The notes below the pieces were generated by a model. It saw nothing but the letters and a program-made list of their open reading frames with translations. It was not told the origin of the DNA and did not search any database. A DNA stretch of 64,000 nt from Cyanophora paradoxa CCMP329 (lineage: Eukaryota; Plantae; Glaucophyta), in assembly GCA_004431415.1 (NCBI GenBank), contig QPMI01000269.1, positions 39,948 through 103,947 of the forward strand, in the 5' to 3' direction. A program made the translations under genes and the position numbers. This document shows positions 35,382-46,682 of the stretch, piece after piece; position 1 is the stretch's first letter; every line of letters starts with the position of its first letter.

Positions 35382-38300
35382 ATGAGGTGGTGGGAGCATC
35401 CAGATCCCGAGGCGCTGAACCGGTCCCAGCAGCATCAGTGCAGCGCGTAACTTTCGAAGAATATCGAGCCGCTATACAGCGTGTGAAGCCCGGAGCGGTG
35501 CTGCTTTCTCGCGCCGACATCGAACACGTTAAGTACATCCTCGAAAACCCGGACGCGCCCGAGCCCAGCGGCAGCCCAGAGCATGTGAGCGGGTGAAGAA
35601 TTGGCGCGAGTTCATGAGGGGGAAGTACACGCTGCGCGAGGTTCCAGATCCGACAGACAACCTGACAGCGGAGGAGCTCGCCATGCCCAACCCGCGGCCA
35701 AGGCGCAAGCTTCGGCTGGTGGTGGAGAAGCAGGTTGACAACCGCTTGAAGCGAGGAAATTCGGGCGACGCCCCCCCACTGGGCAGGGAGCTGGTGTGTG
35801 ACGAGGACATTTTCATCTGCATCCAGGTGCGATCGCGTTACAACGCAATTCTCTGCGCACGCGCAACGCATCTTCAACGCAAGCGTTGGGTTGCTAGCGT
35901 TGGACATTCTCAACACATGCGTTGACCATGCGTTGAACAGAATACATTTTAATTTTATGTCCACTGCATTGCACTGTTTGTGACGCGGTCATGATCGTGC
36001 GCAGCGCGAACACCTTGAGAGCGGGCACAAAGGTGGCACCGGTGTATACAACAATGCGAAGCAAAGGTACGCGATTCCTCGCTACCTGGTCCGCATCTAC
36101 GTCAAGATTTGGTGAGTTTTCTGACCACAGACAAACCAATCGTGACTAAGACTCACCTGCGGTCGTGGGGATGGGGCTGCAGTCCAGTCTGCAAGCTCAA
36201 GAACAAGAGGAGGCAGCCCGACGGGATCCTCCATCCAATCAAGGTGATTGGTTTCTGGATCGGGCAATTGTCGACTTCTTTGAGATGCCCAAGGCATGGG
36301 GCCCCTGCCCCCGCATGGTGAGATGTTGCTATTGATGCGCCTGGCCACGTGTTAAAATTTACCTGGGAGTTGCAGGAGTGGCTGCCGGGGTGGAAGTGGA
36401 ATGAGAGCTCAGGCGAGCTCGAGAGGGTCTGGTACTGGGAGCAAGCAGTGCACGTGTGCCGGTACGAGAAGAAAATCCCGGATCCCGAATTTCCGGGCTG
36501 CTACAAGACGGTCTTTGTCACGGACGTCATTCCGCGATTCTGGGCATTTGTCCTGGCCATAAAGGTCAGTTTTCGGCACGGTCATGCGCAGATTTCTGCA
36601 TCCGGTAACGAACAACGGCGAACGCAGGACCACTACACTCGTTTCCTCATCCTGGAGGCTTGCGAATCAAAGTGCGCAGGCGAAGTTGCTGATCGTCTTC
36701 GCGAGAAATTTGCCTACTTCGGCGCATGCACAATCCTGTCCTGCGACAACGGATCGGAGTTCAAGAATGATGTGAAATTCCCCGATATCTCTTGTAAACT
36801 TCAATATTAATTATGTTAACGGAGTATGGCAGATCATGAAGGTCCTTATGGCGGCCTACCCGAACTCGTCCATCGCCTACGGGAAACCGTACACTCCAGA
36901 GCACCAGGGCTCTGTGGAGCGCGCGAACAGGACTCGAAGCCGACGCTCGAGGCTATTTGCTACGAACGCCGGAACCAGAATGCGGAGGACTGGGCGAACT
37001 GGCCCTAGCCATTCCCGATGTATTTAAAATCCTTTTCATACCCCATTTGAAAATTCCAAGTGCACTGATCGATGCTGGATTCTCAGGCAATGGAGTCCCA
37101 CAACAGCATGAAGTTCGCGAACGGGCACAAGATGACACCCATCGAGGCCATGACCGGGCGCAGACCTTCACGAAGGCCTTTGGGAATTGAGCCACCGTCG
37201 GATCCGACAAGGCCGTACACCGAGAAGGACATTGAGGACCTCCTCGGAGTGCGCAACGGAATGTCTGCGCATCCCAACGCATGCGTTGGTAATTGTGTTG
37301 TCAGGTTGCAAACATGGAGGAAGTGAACAGAGTGTGCGATGACATGGCGAAGTACGAAGAAGATATCGCCAACGCTCTTCTGCAGAGGGCGGAGAGCCCG
37401 CTCTTGAAGGACATCCCGGTGTTCTACGTAGTAAGTGCCTTCAATTCATTGCAAATTTTGTCGCACTCTCATCCAACGCATTCTCAACGCATGCGTTGGA
37501 CAGATCGATCAGTTTGTGCGTGCATTCGGGAATGTCCAGGCATGCGCACGGCTTGCCGTGTACAGAGACCAGATGAAGGCGTGCGCGGAGAAGCAGGGAG
37601 CAGGTCCTGTTATCTACAGTATCGGGGATCGTGTGGCCGTTCTTGTCAAACAGCTCGGCATGCACGTCCTCCTACAAGCAAGGGTACCTGGGATCGTCAC
37701 AGAAGTGGTGGACGTCCGGCATGGCCTCTACACGATCAGGACGATGGCGGGTTTCATTGACACTCCCATTCAGGGAGCACAATTGATCAACATGAACCTC
37801 GTGGGCGGTACGTGCAGGGTAGTCCCATTTGCACGAATGTTGCACACTCATCAAAGAACTGGTGCAGGGATGCAGACAATCTGGAAGACAATTGAGGAGA
37901 ACCGTGCGAACAACATAATGAACGGCACCGTTCCTCTCATGACAGCATTCAAGAGCTTCTGTGGCCAGGCCCCGGTCTCGACGTGGACCCGTGCAAGTGC
38001 AGGGATGGCTGCCTTCCAGAGAAATGCGGCTGTTTCACAAGCGGCCTGGTGTGCTGCTCGAGCTGCCAGTGCAGCAAGTACGGGTGCAAGAACAAGCGTG
38101 AGCGCATCTACCCGGAGACTGCCAGTGTCGGGGAGAAAATCATTCCGCGCCAGCGTGGCGCAACGGCAGAATCGATCGTCGCCGACAATGCAACAGCAGA
38201 TGGCCCTGTCGACGACAAGTACGGCCCCATCCCGTCTGTTGATGGATACGACGGGTGCGTTTTTTTAGCAACGCAAAGCACACGTTTGCGTTCTTCAATT

Positions 38301-39425
38301 CAACGCTTGCGGTGCAGTTGCGTTGGACTTCCTCTTCTAATTTCCTTTTTCTCGCAGCTTCTGGCCCCTGGCATGCACACCACCAACAAGCCCCTGCAGG
38401 CATTCCTCCGTGCTGCAAACCTGCCGCACACAGGTAACAAGGAGGCTCTCAAGCTGCGAATTCTAGCTTTTCTCAAGAAAGAGGAGGAGGATGCCGCTCA
38501 GCATGCAGCCCAAGCAGCCGCAGCACGTGCAGCCCAAGCAGCCGCAGCCCACGCTCCGGCCCCGCCCGCCCCGTCTACTGCTGCGGCCCCGCCTGCCCCA
38601 TCTCGCGCTCCGGCCCCGCCTGCCCCATCTCGCGCTCCGGCCCCGCCCGCCCCGTCTCCTGCTGCGGCCCCACCCGCCCCGTCTCCTGCTGCGGCCCGGC
38701 CCGCCCCGTCTCCTGCTGCGGCCCCGCCCGCCCCGTCTCCTGCTGCGGCCCCGCCCGGCCCGTCCCGCGCTCCGGCCCCGCCCGCCCCGTCTCCTGCTGC
38801 GGCCCCGCCCGGCCCGTCCCGCGCTCCGGCCCCGCCCGCCCCGTCTCCTGGTTTGGCCCCGCCCGTCCCTTCTCCTGCTGCGGCCCCGCCTGCCCCATCT
38901 CCTGCTGCGGCCCCGCCCGGCCCGGCCCGTGCTGCGGCTCCGCCCGGCCCACGCCCGCCACCTCTGCCGCACTATGCACCTGGGGTGGTGCTGCCCCCTG
39001 TTGGGTCAGCCCCAATTGCGAGGGGTCTTGGCCCAGTCCCAGGGGCGGTTCCCGTTATTGGTCCCCCACTCCCTCTGGGGCCGTCTTTCTCTTCTTCTAC
39101 CCTGCCATCCTCCGGATCCAGCTCTCCCATTCGGGGGCCAGTTCGAGTTGGGCCCGCACCTCGGGACACACGCGGGGTGCCTGTCCTCCCCAACTCCGGG
39201 CCAAGTTACACGCAGGCAGAGCTTGAAGCCGCCTTGGCAGCACCATGTTACCCACTAGCCCCTCAGTCTAGGCTAGCTATGTCCTCGAGCCCTGTGCGCC
39301 CAGTTATGCCCCCGGCACCCAGCATGGAGCAGCAGATGCAGCAGATGCAGCAGATGATGCAGCACTTTCAGATGATGATGCAGACGTTCCAGCAGAATAT
39401 GGCCAACACTAGGCATGGTGTATGA
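35382..39425 (+). CDS. Spliced Ginger-like transposase: H2C2 finger, DDE core, SH3-like, CXC, SAP, Pro/Ala repeat, Met/Gln tail (several 1-bp frameshifts; start uncertain)
   Basis: HLESGH...IC|PVC (intron 36112-36182), IVDFFEMP, DHYTRF, SCDNGSEF, QGSVERAN, IGDRVAV..Y.IRT..G, CKCRDGC..KCGC....CCSSCQC....CKN, and SAP-like LQAFLRAANLPHTGNKEALKLRI. Confidence 0.85.
38559..38963 (+). repeat. 27-bp coding minisatellite, about 15 copies (APPAPSPAA)
   Basis: Directly visible repeat of GCCCCGCCCGCCCCGTCTCCTGCTGCG variants. Confidence 0.9.
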
Positions 39426-39764
39426 AGTGTTTGTCAGAAATTTGCTTGAAAGGGAACTGACAGAGATGCGAAAATTGAAAGGGAACTGAGAGAGGGAACC
39501 GGGTGTGCAACGGAAACGCAACGCATGCGTTGGGAATGCGTTGTGTCCTGCCAGGCTGCATGCAGCGCGCGCTCGGCTTGGGCGTGTAGTATACATATAT
39601 ACTCTTCTTCTTCTTTAGGAATCATGTACTATAATTTATACTTTATTGCTACTACTACTATACTTTATTGATACTACATTCATTGTCATAGTTCAATTCT
39701 AGAACACGACTATAGCTAGTCTACTTCTGTGCGTGCGTTTTAAGAACCCTGGCTGTAGTTCGAT

Positions 39765-39897
39765 TTAAGAACCCGACTACTATGCTTCATGACTCATGAT
39801 CGTAGATCAACTTTAGAACCCGACTACTATGCATCATGACTCATGATCGTAGTTCAACTTTAGAACCCGACTAGTTAGCCTCATGACTCATGATCGT
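39765..39897. repeat. 47-bp tandem repeat, 3 copies plus degenerate upstream partial copies
   Basis: Unit TTTAGAACCCGACTACTATGCATCATGACTCATGATCGTAGTTCAAC starting at about 39765, 39812 and 39859. Confidence 0.9.
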
Positions 39898-40249
39898 TGG
39901 ACGTTTGATTGTAGTACAAATCTGAGAACTCTAGAATTCTACAATTTGCTTCAGAGCTTCTCGAGTACTTGTCTAGTACTTGTGACTACAGATCTAGTCA
40001 CTGAGTTACCTACTAAACTCATCCTTCGAGTTCGAGCGGCCAAATCCTTTGAAATTCCATCCCACTAGACTAAACAGTATCCACTTCACTGTGAGCACGT
40101 CCAGCCTGCCCACACTTCCACTTTCATCCCCATCAGTACCACAAGTACGACTTGAAAGTAAGACTTGTAAATTGTGCAGAGAACACAAGCTGAAGCAGTT
40201 GCACAATGGCTACTTTCTGCACACAAATCTACTTCTACTTCAACAGAAT

Positions 40250-43188
40250 CTACTTCTTGAGCATGAAGATGTCCCACTTGTGCCACCAGTTGTCCTTGTC
40301 CTCCACTGTTCCCTTGTTGAAGTCCGATATTTCGCCACGCAGCGGCCGCGGGTGTGGCCGGTACGTGATAGAACGGCGGAAGGTCCTGCGATCCTCTACC
40401 TTTCCTACAGTGACCGCGGGGCCATTCCGAAGTGCAAAAGTCATCTCGCCCTCGGCGTCCGTCTCCTCGAGCTGCATCCAACACGTGAGCAGCGGAAACG
40501 CAACGCATGCGTTGGAATTGCGTAGTTACCTGCAGGGCTAGGAAGAGTTCGTACTCGGCGTCCCAATCGAGCTCTACCTGAGCGTACTGCAGCCTTCCTC
40601 TTCTTTCGGATTTTCGCTGCAGGCGCCTCTGCCGGCTTCTCCGCTGCCACCGCCTTGTCCTTCTCCTTCAACTTCTTCTCGGCCGCCTTCTGCGCTGCGT
40701 GATTAGAACTCTTTCCTATGCCAGGCACTCGCACAGATCTAGAGTGACGCGAAAAACTGCACCCTCTCATGTGCTGCCGCGGCAGCCTCTGCCTGCGCCT
40801 TCGTTTTCGCGGCCTCATTTTCGGCTGCAGCCTTCTTTGCTGCCACCGCCTTGTCCTTCTCCTTCGCTTTCTTCTCGGCCTCCTTCTGCGCTGCGTTATT
40901 AAAACTGTGCCCCAGGCCCGGAACGCTCGCACAGAGTGCCGCGCAACACTGCACCTTTTCCTGTGCTGCTGCCTGCTCCGCCGTTTTTGCGGCCTGCTTT
41001 TCTGCTGCGGCCTTCTTCGCTGCCGCCGCCTTGCCCTTCTCCTTCGATTTCGCCTCGGCCTCCTTCTGTGCTGCGGTATTAAAACTCTGCACTATGCCCG
41101 GGACTGGCACAGATTGCGTTTTTAAGACTGCACCTTCTCTGTCATTGCTGCGGCCTTGGGCTTCTTCGCCTCCTTCCCCATCTCCTTCTCCTGCTTCTTG
41201 CGCTTCCCTGCTTCCTGCTTCGCATGCTTCGCCTCCTGACCCTTCGTCTCTGCCTTGCGGTTGCGCTTCCTCGGGCTTGCCGCCTCTGCGTCCTCGTCCT
41301 CGTCCTCGCCCTCGTCCTCGTCCTCATTCCCGCTCTCGTCGTCGTCCTCGAGCTTGTCCTCTACGTCATCCTCCTCGTCGGACTCTGCGGGCACGGAATC
41401 AACGCAAATTGCGCTGTGTCTTTGCAACGCAGACAACGCAATATCAACGCTTGCGTTGACGATGCGTTCTGCATGCGTTGTACACATCGCGCACCTTCGT
41501 CTGTCGGGGCGGCGCTGGCGCGTGCCTTGCCCTTCTGCTCTGGCATTTTCCTTGCCGGCTCTGCAAGTGCAAAAGTGCGCGTGAGCCTCGTGGCAACACG
41601 GAGGGAAGTTGAGTACGTCAACACTATTCAACGTATGTCAATCAACGTATGCGTTGCGAGGTGTTGACATATGCGTTGGTATTGCGTTGGAACAGCGCCG
41701 CGTACCTTCGAACGAGTCGCGATGTTCGATTTCCTGCTTCTTCTTGGACCTCCTCTTCGCCCCGTCGCCTGGTACCTGCGTGGTAAATTGTTTCCACCGG
41801 TCAGTTTCGTATCGGTTGCTCGAAATAATGGAACTCTTGCTCACTCTCCCCTGTCCACCGCGTCCTTGCCATCCATCCAGCCGGCTACGTTCTCCTCCAT
41901 CACCGTCAAATTGTGACTCCTAGGATGAAGTCGGCGACATCCAGAATGCCGGGTCGCGAGATGCCCTTGAGCTTGTAGTGATCGTCCGGCACCTCCTGCT
42001 CCGCTTTCCTCATCCTTAGAATGCACAGTCTGTTCGGAGTGTACGCATCAGGGGCGTGGCATCGTTGCCCCATCTTCAACGCACGCACATGTTCTCAATG
42101 TTATGAAAATAGACATCTGTCTTGCATCTCGTGAGGGATTGAAGGTGGCTGAGGTCCTCCTTGTCGAATGGGGTGAGCAGCGGCCGCAGTCTGCTCAGCG
42201 TGTCGTGCGTTTTGCGGGTGCCGCCCCCGCACTTCTGCATCCACGAGAGAGCTTGAGATATAAATTTAAATTCTAACTCGATGCCATAACTGAAATTAAG
42301 GGACGGCACCTTGAGAAACAGCCAGGCTCGCGGGCATGTCTCCGGAGTGTACTCCCCCCCCGATCCCTCGATCGGCTCGTCCCACAGTAGCCGCACGACG
42401 TCCCGTGCCGTGTTGCAGTCCCCAGTGCCGCGCTTGCCATCCGTGTCCTCCTTCAGGTAGTTCGCGCCTGTCGCCGCCCTCTTCTTTGCTCGAGGTTCAC
42501 CTGCAGAGGCGATCGCAGCTCCGACGGATCTCTGGACCTGCAAGGCCACGGCCTCCACGAGCGAACTCAGCTGCGCCGAGTCCGACGAAGTCGCCGCCTG
42601 AACCGTCTGGGGCGCCGGCGCTGCAGCTGCGTGCTGCGCCTTGCCGCGCTTCATGAGCTTCACAAGTTCGGGGTCGGCGTTGCTGTCGCCGTCCTCGTGC
42701 GCTGGCTGCATGTCCCGCCGCACGACGTAGAAGAAACATCCGGGACTGAGCTTCGGCAGCTTCCGAGACGCAGTCCTCAGATCGAGGGTGTCCGCCTCCG
42801 GATCGTAGAAGTACAGGTCCAGGCCCGCAGGTCCGACGGATTGCGTGAAGCGGAGCTGCCGCTCCGCATCCTTCAAGAGCTCCGCAGGCCATCCCGTGCC
42901 TCCCTCGACCTCGATGGTCACCGTCGCTGCGTCACGGGCAAGGTGCACGCGCGGTCGGGCATCAGCGCGGCGCCCGGTGCGCGCCTTCGCATCACAGCTC
43001 AAGAGTATCGAACCTTTGGTCGTAGTAAGGCCTCCGTTCTGCCGGCTGTCGGCGAGAACACGCACTTCGACTGGTTCCGCGGGCGCCTGCAGCTGCCCTG
43101 CGCGAGCCGCCGACTCTTCGGCTCCCGCAGCCGCTGCTGCGTCGCTCGACTCGCCTAGCTTAGCCACTTTGCCCTTCTTGGGCGCCAT
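40250..43188 (-). CDS. Second (cargo or accessory) gene of the Ginger-like element, unknown function, probably nuclear
   Basis: Starts MAPKKGKVAK; globular exons, an acidic tract (ESDEEDDVEDKLEDDDE), K/A/E-rich repeats, ends DKDNWWHKWDIFMLKK*. GT-AG introns. Lies entirely inside the TIRs. Confidence 0.7.
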
Positions 43189-43296
43189 GTGAGGACCGCC
43201 CCGCCCGCTGCCGCAGTGCTGTCTGCCGGCTGCTGCTGTGCGCGCTACCTGTAGCTATAGTACTATTGCATCATACGCTGGGAGTCGTAGTAGCCC

Positions 43297-43405
43297 CCCC
43301 AACGCAAAGCTCCGGCTGCGCTGGCCGGCGCCTTTTTTTCTGCGATGGCTCAAAAGCGTGCGCCATAAAAATAAGATGGCGCGCCATTTTATTTGGCGCA
43401 CTACA
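43297..43405 (-). repeat. Right terminal inverted repeat (109 bp)
   Basis: Exact reverse complement of 35124-35232. Confidence 0.95.
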
Positions 43406-43538
43406 GCATACTCGCTGGCTGTCAAGTGAGCGGTCAGCATACCCCCCTGCCGCGCGCTGGCTGCTTCCTCGCAGCTCAGCGGGCTGGCAGATGCGCTCAA
43501 AGGAACCAGCGTAGCTAAGGCTTCCGTGCGGCGCCGCC

Positions 43539-46476
43539 ATGTCGGTGCAAGTCTTCGGCGGCTTTGACGGAGTAGTGCCGCGGGACTTCTTCTTCGCTAA
43601 GGCGTGCAGCAATGGCTCTTCGGACTTCAATGTCACGCGCTCCAGCACGGCGCGCCTCTCCCTGCCCGCGCGAGAAGTCCCAGAGGCGACCGCCGTCCAG
43701 GCAACCATGCCGCTCATCGTGCGTACACGTGCTTGAAGTCACCGAGTAATATCCTTCCAACGCGCTGCTCATCGGCGCGCCGCATGCAGGATGGTACGCC
43801 GTCGCTCCCGCTCGCCCGCGATGCAGAGACCGGAGACTGGCGACTGCTCCTGGACCTGCCGCCCGCTCCAGGGGACTCAGTCAGTCTGATCTTCGAGTCA
43901 TCAACAGGCTTCACGCTTTCGGTTCGTCGAGCGTCATCGTCGGCTGCTCGTCCCACTGCTCACCTACGTGTCCTCCCGCGACGCCGCAGCCCGACATGGA
44001 CAAAAGCCCCGAGGATGACATGAACGTGGCGCGCGCCGGTTGGATCTACCCCGCGTATGGTGCGGCCTTGCGTGCTCCGTCGTGCGCGGCCGGGCGCCCG
44101 ACCGCGGCGCGGCATCGCAGTGGCGCGGGTCGCGGGGAGCACGCACCAGGCCTCCAAGGGCGTCGGCGGGCGCAGCGCCTGCACTGCAATCGCCGCTTTC
44201 GCGGCTCTCCGCGCCATGATGGGCTCCGCGCCTTACTGGGAGCCCGCCGCCGTCGACCAGGCCCGCCCGGGTCCCCCCGGGCGCCTCTGCGCCCGCGCTC
44301 ACGCCGGCGCAGGCGCTGCGGGACGGGACGGCGCTGTACAACCACTTCATGAGGACGGCGGGCGGCGGCCTGCCGGCGGGCGTGGAGCACACGGAGTTCG
44401 ACGCGGTCGTGGGGGCGGCCCCGGACCTGCGCCAGCTCCGCATCTCCCGCATCGAGTACGAGGGCCTCCTCAACGTGCGCCGCCCCGCCCCCCGCCCCTA
44501 CCCACGCCCCCGCCCTCTCCTCCCCCCCCCCCCCCCCCCCCCTCCGTCTCCCCGACCTCGTCGTCGTCCGCCGATGCCGGCGTCCTCTGCAGACGGACGG
44601 GAGAGCGTTCCTGGAGATCGCCCGGGAGCTGTGTGACGCCGGGCGCCGCCGCCCCGAGGGCCTCGCCGTCACCTGCGCCGCCCAGGTACCCCCCTCCCCC
44701 GGCCTCCCCCCCGCCACTGCGGTGACCTGGGGCTCAGACGCTGGTCGCGGTGGCGCTGCCGGGGCCGCCGCATGAGTCGCTCGTGCGCGCCGTGGACGAC
44801 TTTTACCGCGGGCACCGCAGCCGCTGGCGCGCCCCGCCCCTCGCCGCCCTCCCCTGCACGGTCCGCCCGCCCCCGCCCCCGCCGCGCCAGCCGCGCCTCA
44901 CGCGGCGGGGGGGCGGGGGCAGCTGCTGGTGTTCGACTCGCACCGGCACACGGCGGAGCGGGGCGGGGCGCGGGAGGCGGCGTGGCTCCTCTTCCCCTCG
45001 CCCGAGGCGCTGGCCGCCTATCTTGGCCTGGAGCGCTTCCCCTGCTTCCTCCCCGACGACCCCGGCGTCACCGAGATGGAGATCCTCCTCACCCGCCAGG
45101 TCCCAGAGCCCGCCCCGCCCCCCAGCCCGCCCCCGCCCGCCCCCGAGCGCCCCCGGCCGCAGTTCGCGTACTACCGCTTCCACGCGGAGGCTTCGGCGCC
45201 CCGCGACGAGGCGGCGCTCCTCCGGGCGCGGATCGAGGAGCTGGTGAGCGCCCCGCCGCCGGCGACGGGCGCGGGCGCGGCCGACGCCTCGCCCCCCGCA
45301 GCGGCGCGAGGGGCGGCGCTGGAGGAGGCGCGGGCCGCGGAGGAGGCCCGGGCGACCGCCCTCGCGCAAGAGGAGGCCGAGCTCGCCGCCGCCGAGCGCC
45401 GCGCCGAGGCCGCGTGTGCTTGCGCCGGCCCGCCCCCGTGGGGCGGCGGGGCCACTGACGCGCGGCGCGCAGACCGTGCGACGAGTGCGAGGCGCTGATG
45501 GCGCAGCTCGCCCAGTCGGAGGAGGCGATCCGCGAGCACGAGGCGCTCCTCGAGGCGAGAGTCCAGGCCCGGCAGCCGGCGCGCGCCCCGAGCCGCGATG
45601 ACCCTCCGGTACCGCCGCCTCGGCAGGCGCGCTGCGCACGCCTCTTACCCAGCCTCGCCTGCCCCGTTCTCCCCAACTCCTTGTGCAGGCCTCTTACCCA
45701 GCCTCGCCTGGGGGCGGGCTGCCCGAGGTTCGCGACCGACCAAGCGCGTCCCGCCGGCGCTCCGCACGTCTGCTGACGGCGGGGCGCAGCCCGTCTTGCC
45801 CGCCCTTGCGGCGCACCCCACCCCTCCCCTCCCCCAGCAGCCCATCCCCCGCGCCGGCGTCTCGGTCCTCGCCCTCCTTCCGCCCTCGCCGCCCACCCGA
45901 CTCACGGCCCGCAGAGCCATCGAGCGCACGTCCCCAGCGGCTTACCAGAGGCGTACCCCCCGGCCGCCCTTAGCCCGTCGAGAGTGCGCGCGTACCCCGG
46001 CTGTGCTCCGCCCACTTCCAACGCGGGAACCCCCTCAGGACGGCCCCAGCTCGGCTGCTTACAACCATAAACCGCTGTCCTCGCCACGGCGTCTTTCGCC
46101 CAGGCCTGCCGCTGAGCTCACAGGCGACACGCCCTCCACGCAGCCGCGACACGGCGCCGGCGACCCGCCATCGTCCTTGCAGTCGGGCTCGACGCCGGGC
46201 GTCGCGGAATCCGTGCGCCCTCCGTGCCGCCCTACCCTTGAGGCGCGCGCTCGCCGCGTCTCACGCCGCTCGCAGGATCCGATGGAGGAGGACCCTCCCC
46301 TCGCGCCTCCGTCGGGGACTTGTTCAACGCAGCCCGCCGCCGTCGCCCTCGACCGACATCCAGATCCCATGGAACTCCAGCAGCGGCTGGCCACGGGGGA
46401 TCCGGGCCCATCGGAGGGTCTAGTAGGCGCTTATCATCTAGATCTATCATCTAGCGGACGAGAGTATGAGAAATGA
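43539..46476 (+). CDS. Putative active viral-tegument-like (VTD, herpes UL36/BPLF1 USP-related) deubiquitinase with degenerate CBM48-like N-terminus and C-terminal coiled coil
   Basis: VAGSTHQASKGVGGRSACTAIA (Gln, then Cys codon 44180-44182). After intron 44861-44922 comes LLVFDSH (44935-44943 for DSH) and LLFPSPEALAAYL. N-terminal PLARDAETGDWRLLLDLPP. 3' end approximate. Confidence 0.72.
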
Positions 46477-46682
46477 GAATCCTTTCTTTGACGAAAGAAT
46501 TTCGCACTTAACACAAGCGGGTTTGAACGGGGGGTACTGTGCGAAATTGTGTTTAGACGAGGGTACTGAGAACAGTGCCGGCGGATACAGAGCCGGAAAA
46601 AATCAGAACAAAGGAAAACAGGAGATGCAGATCTAAATTATAATTAGACCTAGATCTAGAGAACGCCGTCGGGAAGGCCTAG

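Larger units (their letters stand above)
35124..43405 (+). mobile_element. Ginger2/TDD-like DNA transposon (retroviral-type DDE integrase), 8.3 kb, two convergent intron-containing genes
   Basis: Perfect 109-bp TIRs with TGT...ACA ends, an rve-type transposase without RT, and visibly lower GC than the host. Confidence 0.88.

Noticed and set aside
39765-39897. CRISPR-like array
   Set aside because: Units are head-to-tail with no unique spacers, there are no cas genes, and the context is eukaryotic.
42300-42430. GCR1_C-like DNA-binding domain in the cargo protein (VRLLWDEPIEG)
   Set aside because: The resemblance covers only a few residues and cannot be supported without a profile search.
35124-43405. 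Polinton/Maverick or LTR retrotransposon
   Set aside because: No PolB, packaging ATPase, capsid, protease or RT; too short; bounded by TIRs rather than LTRs.
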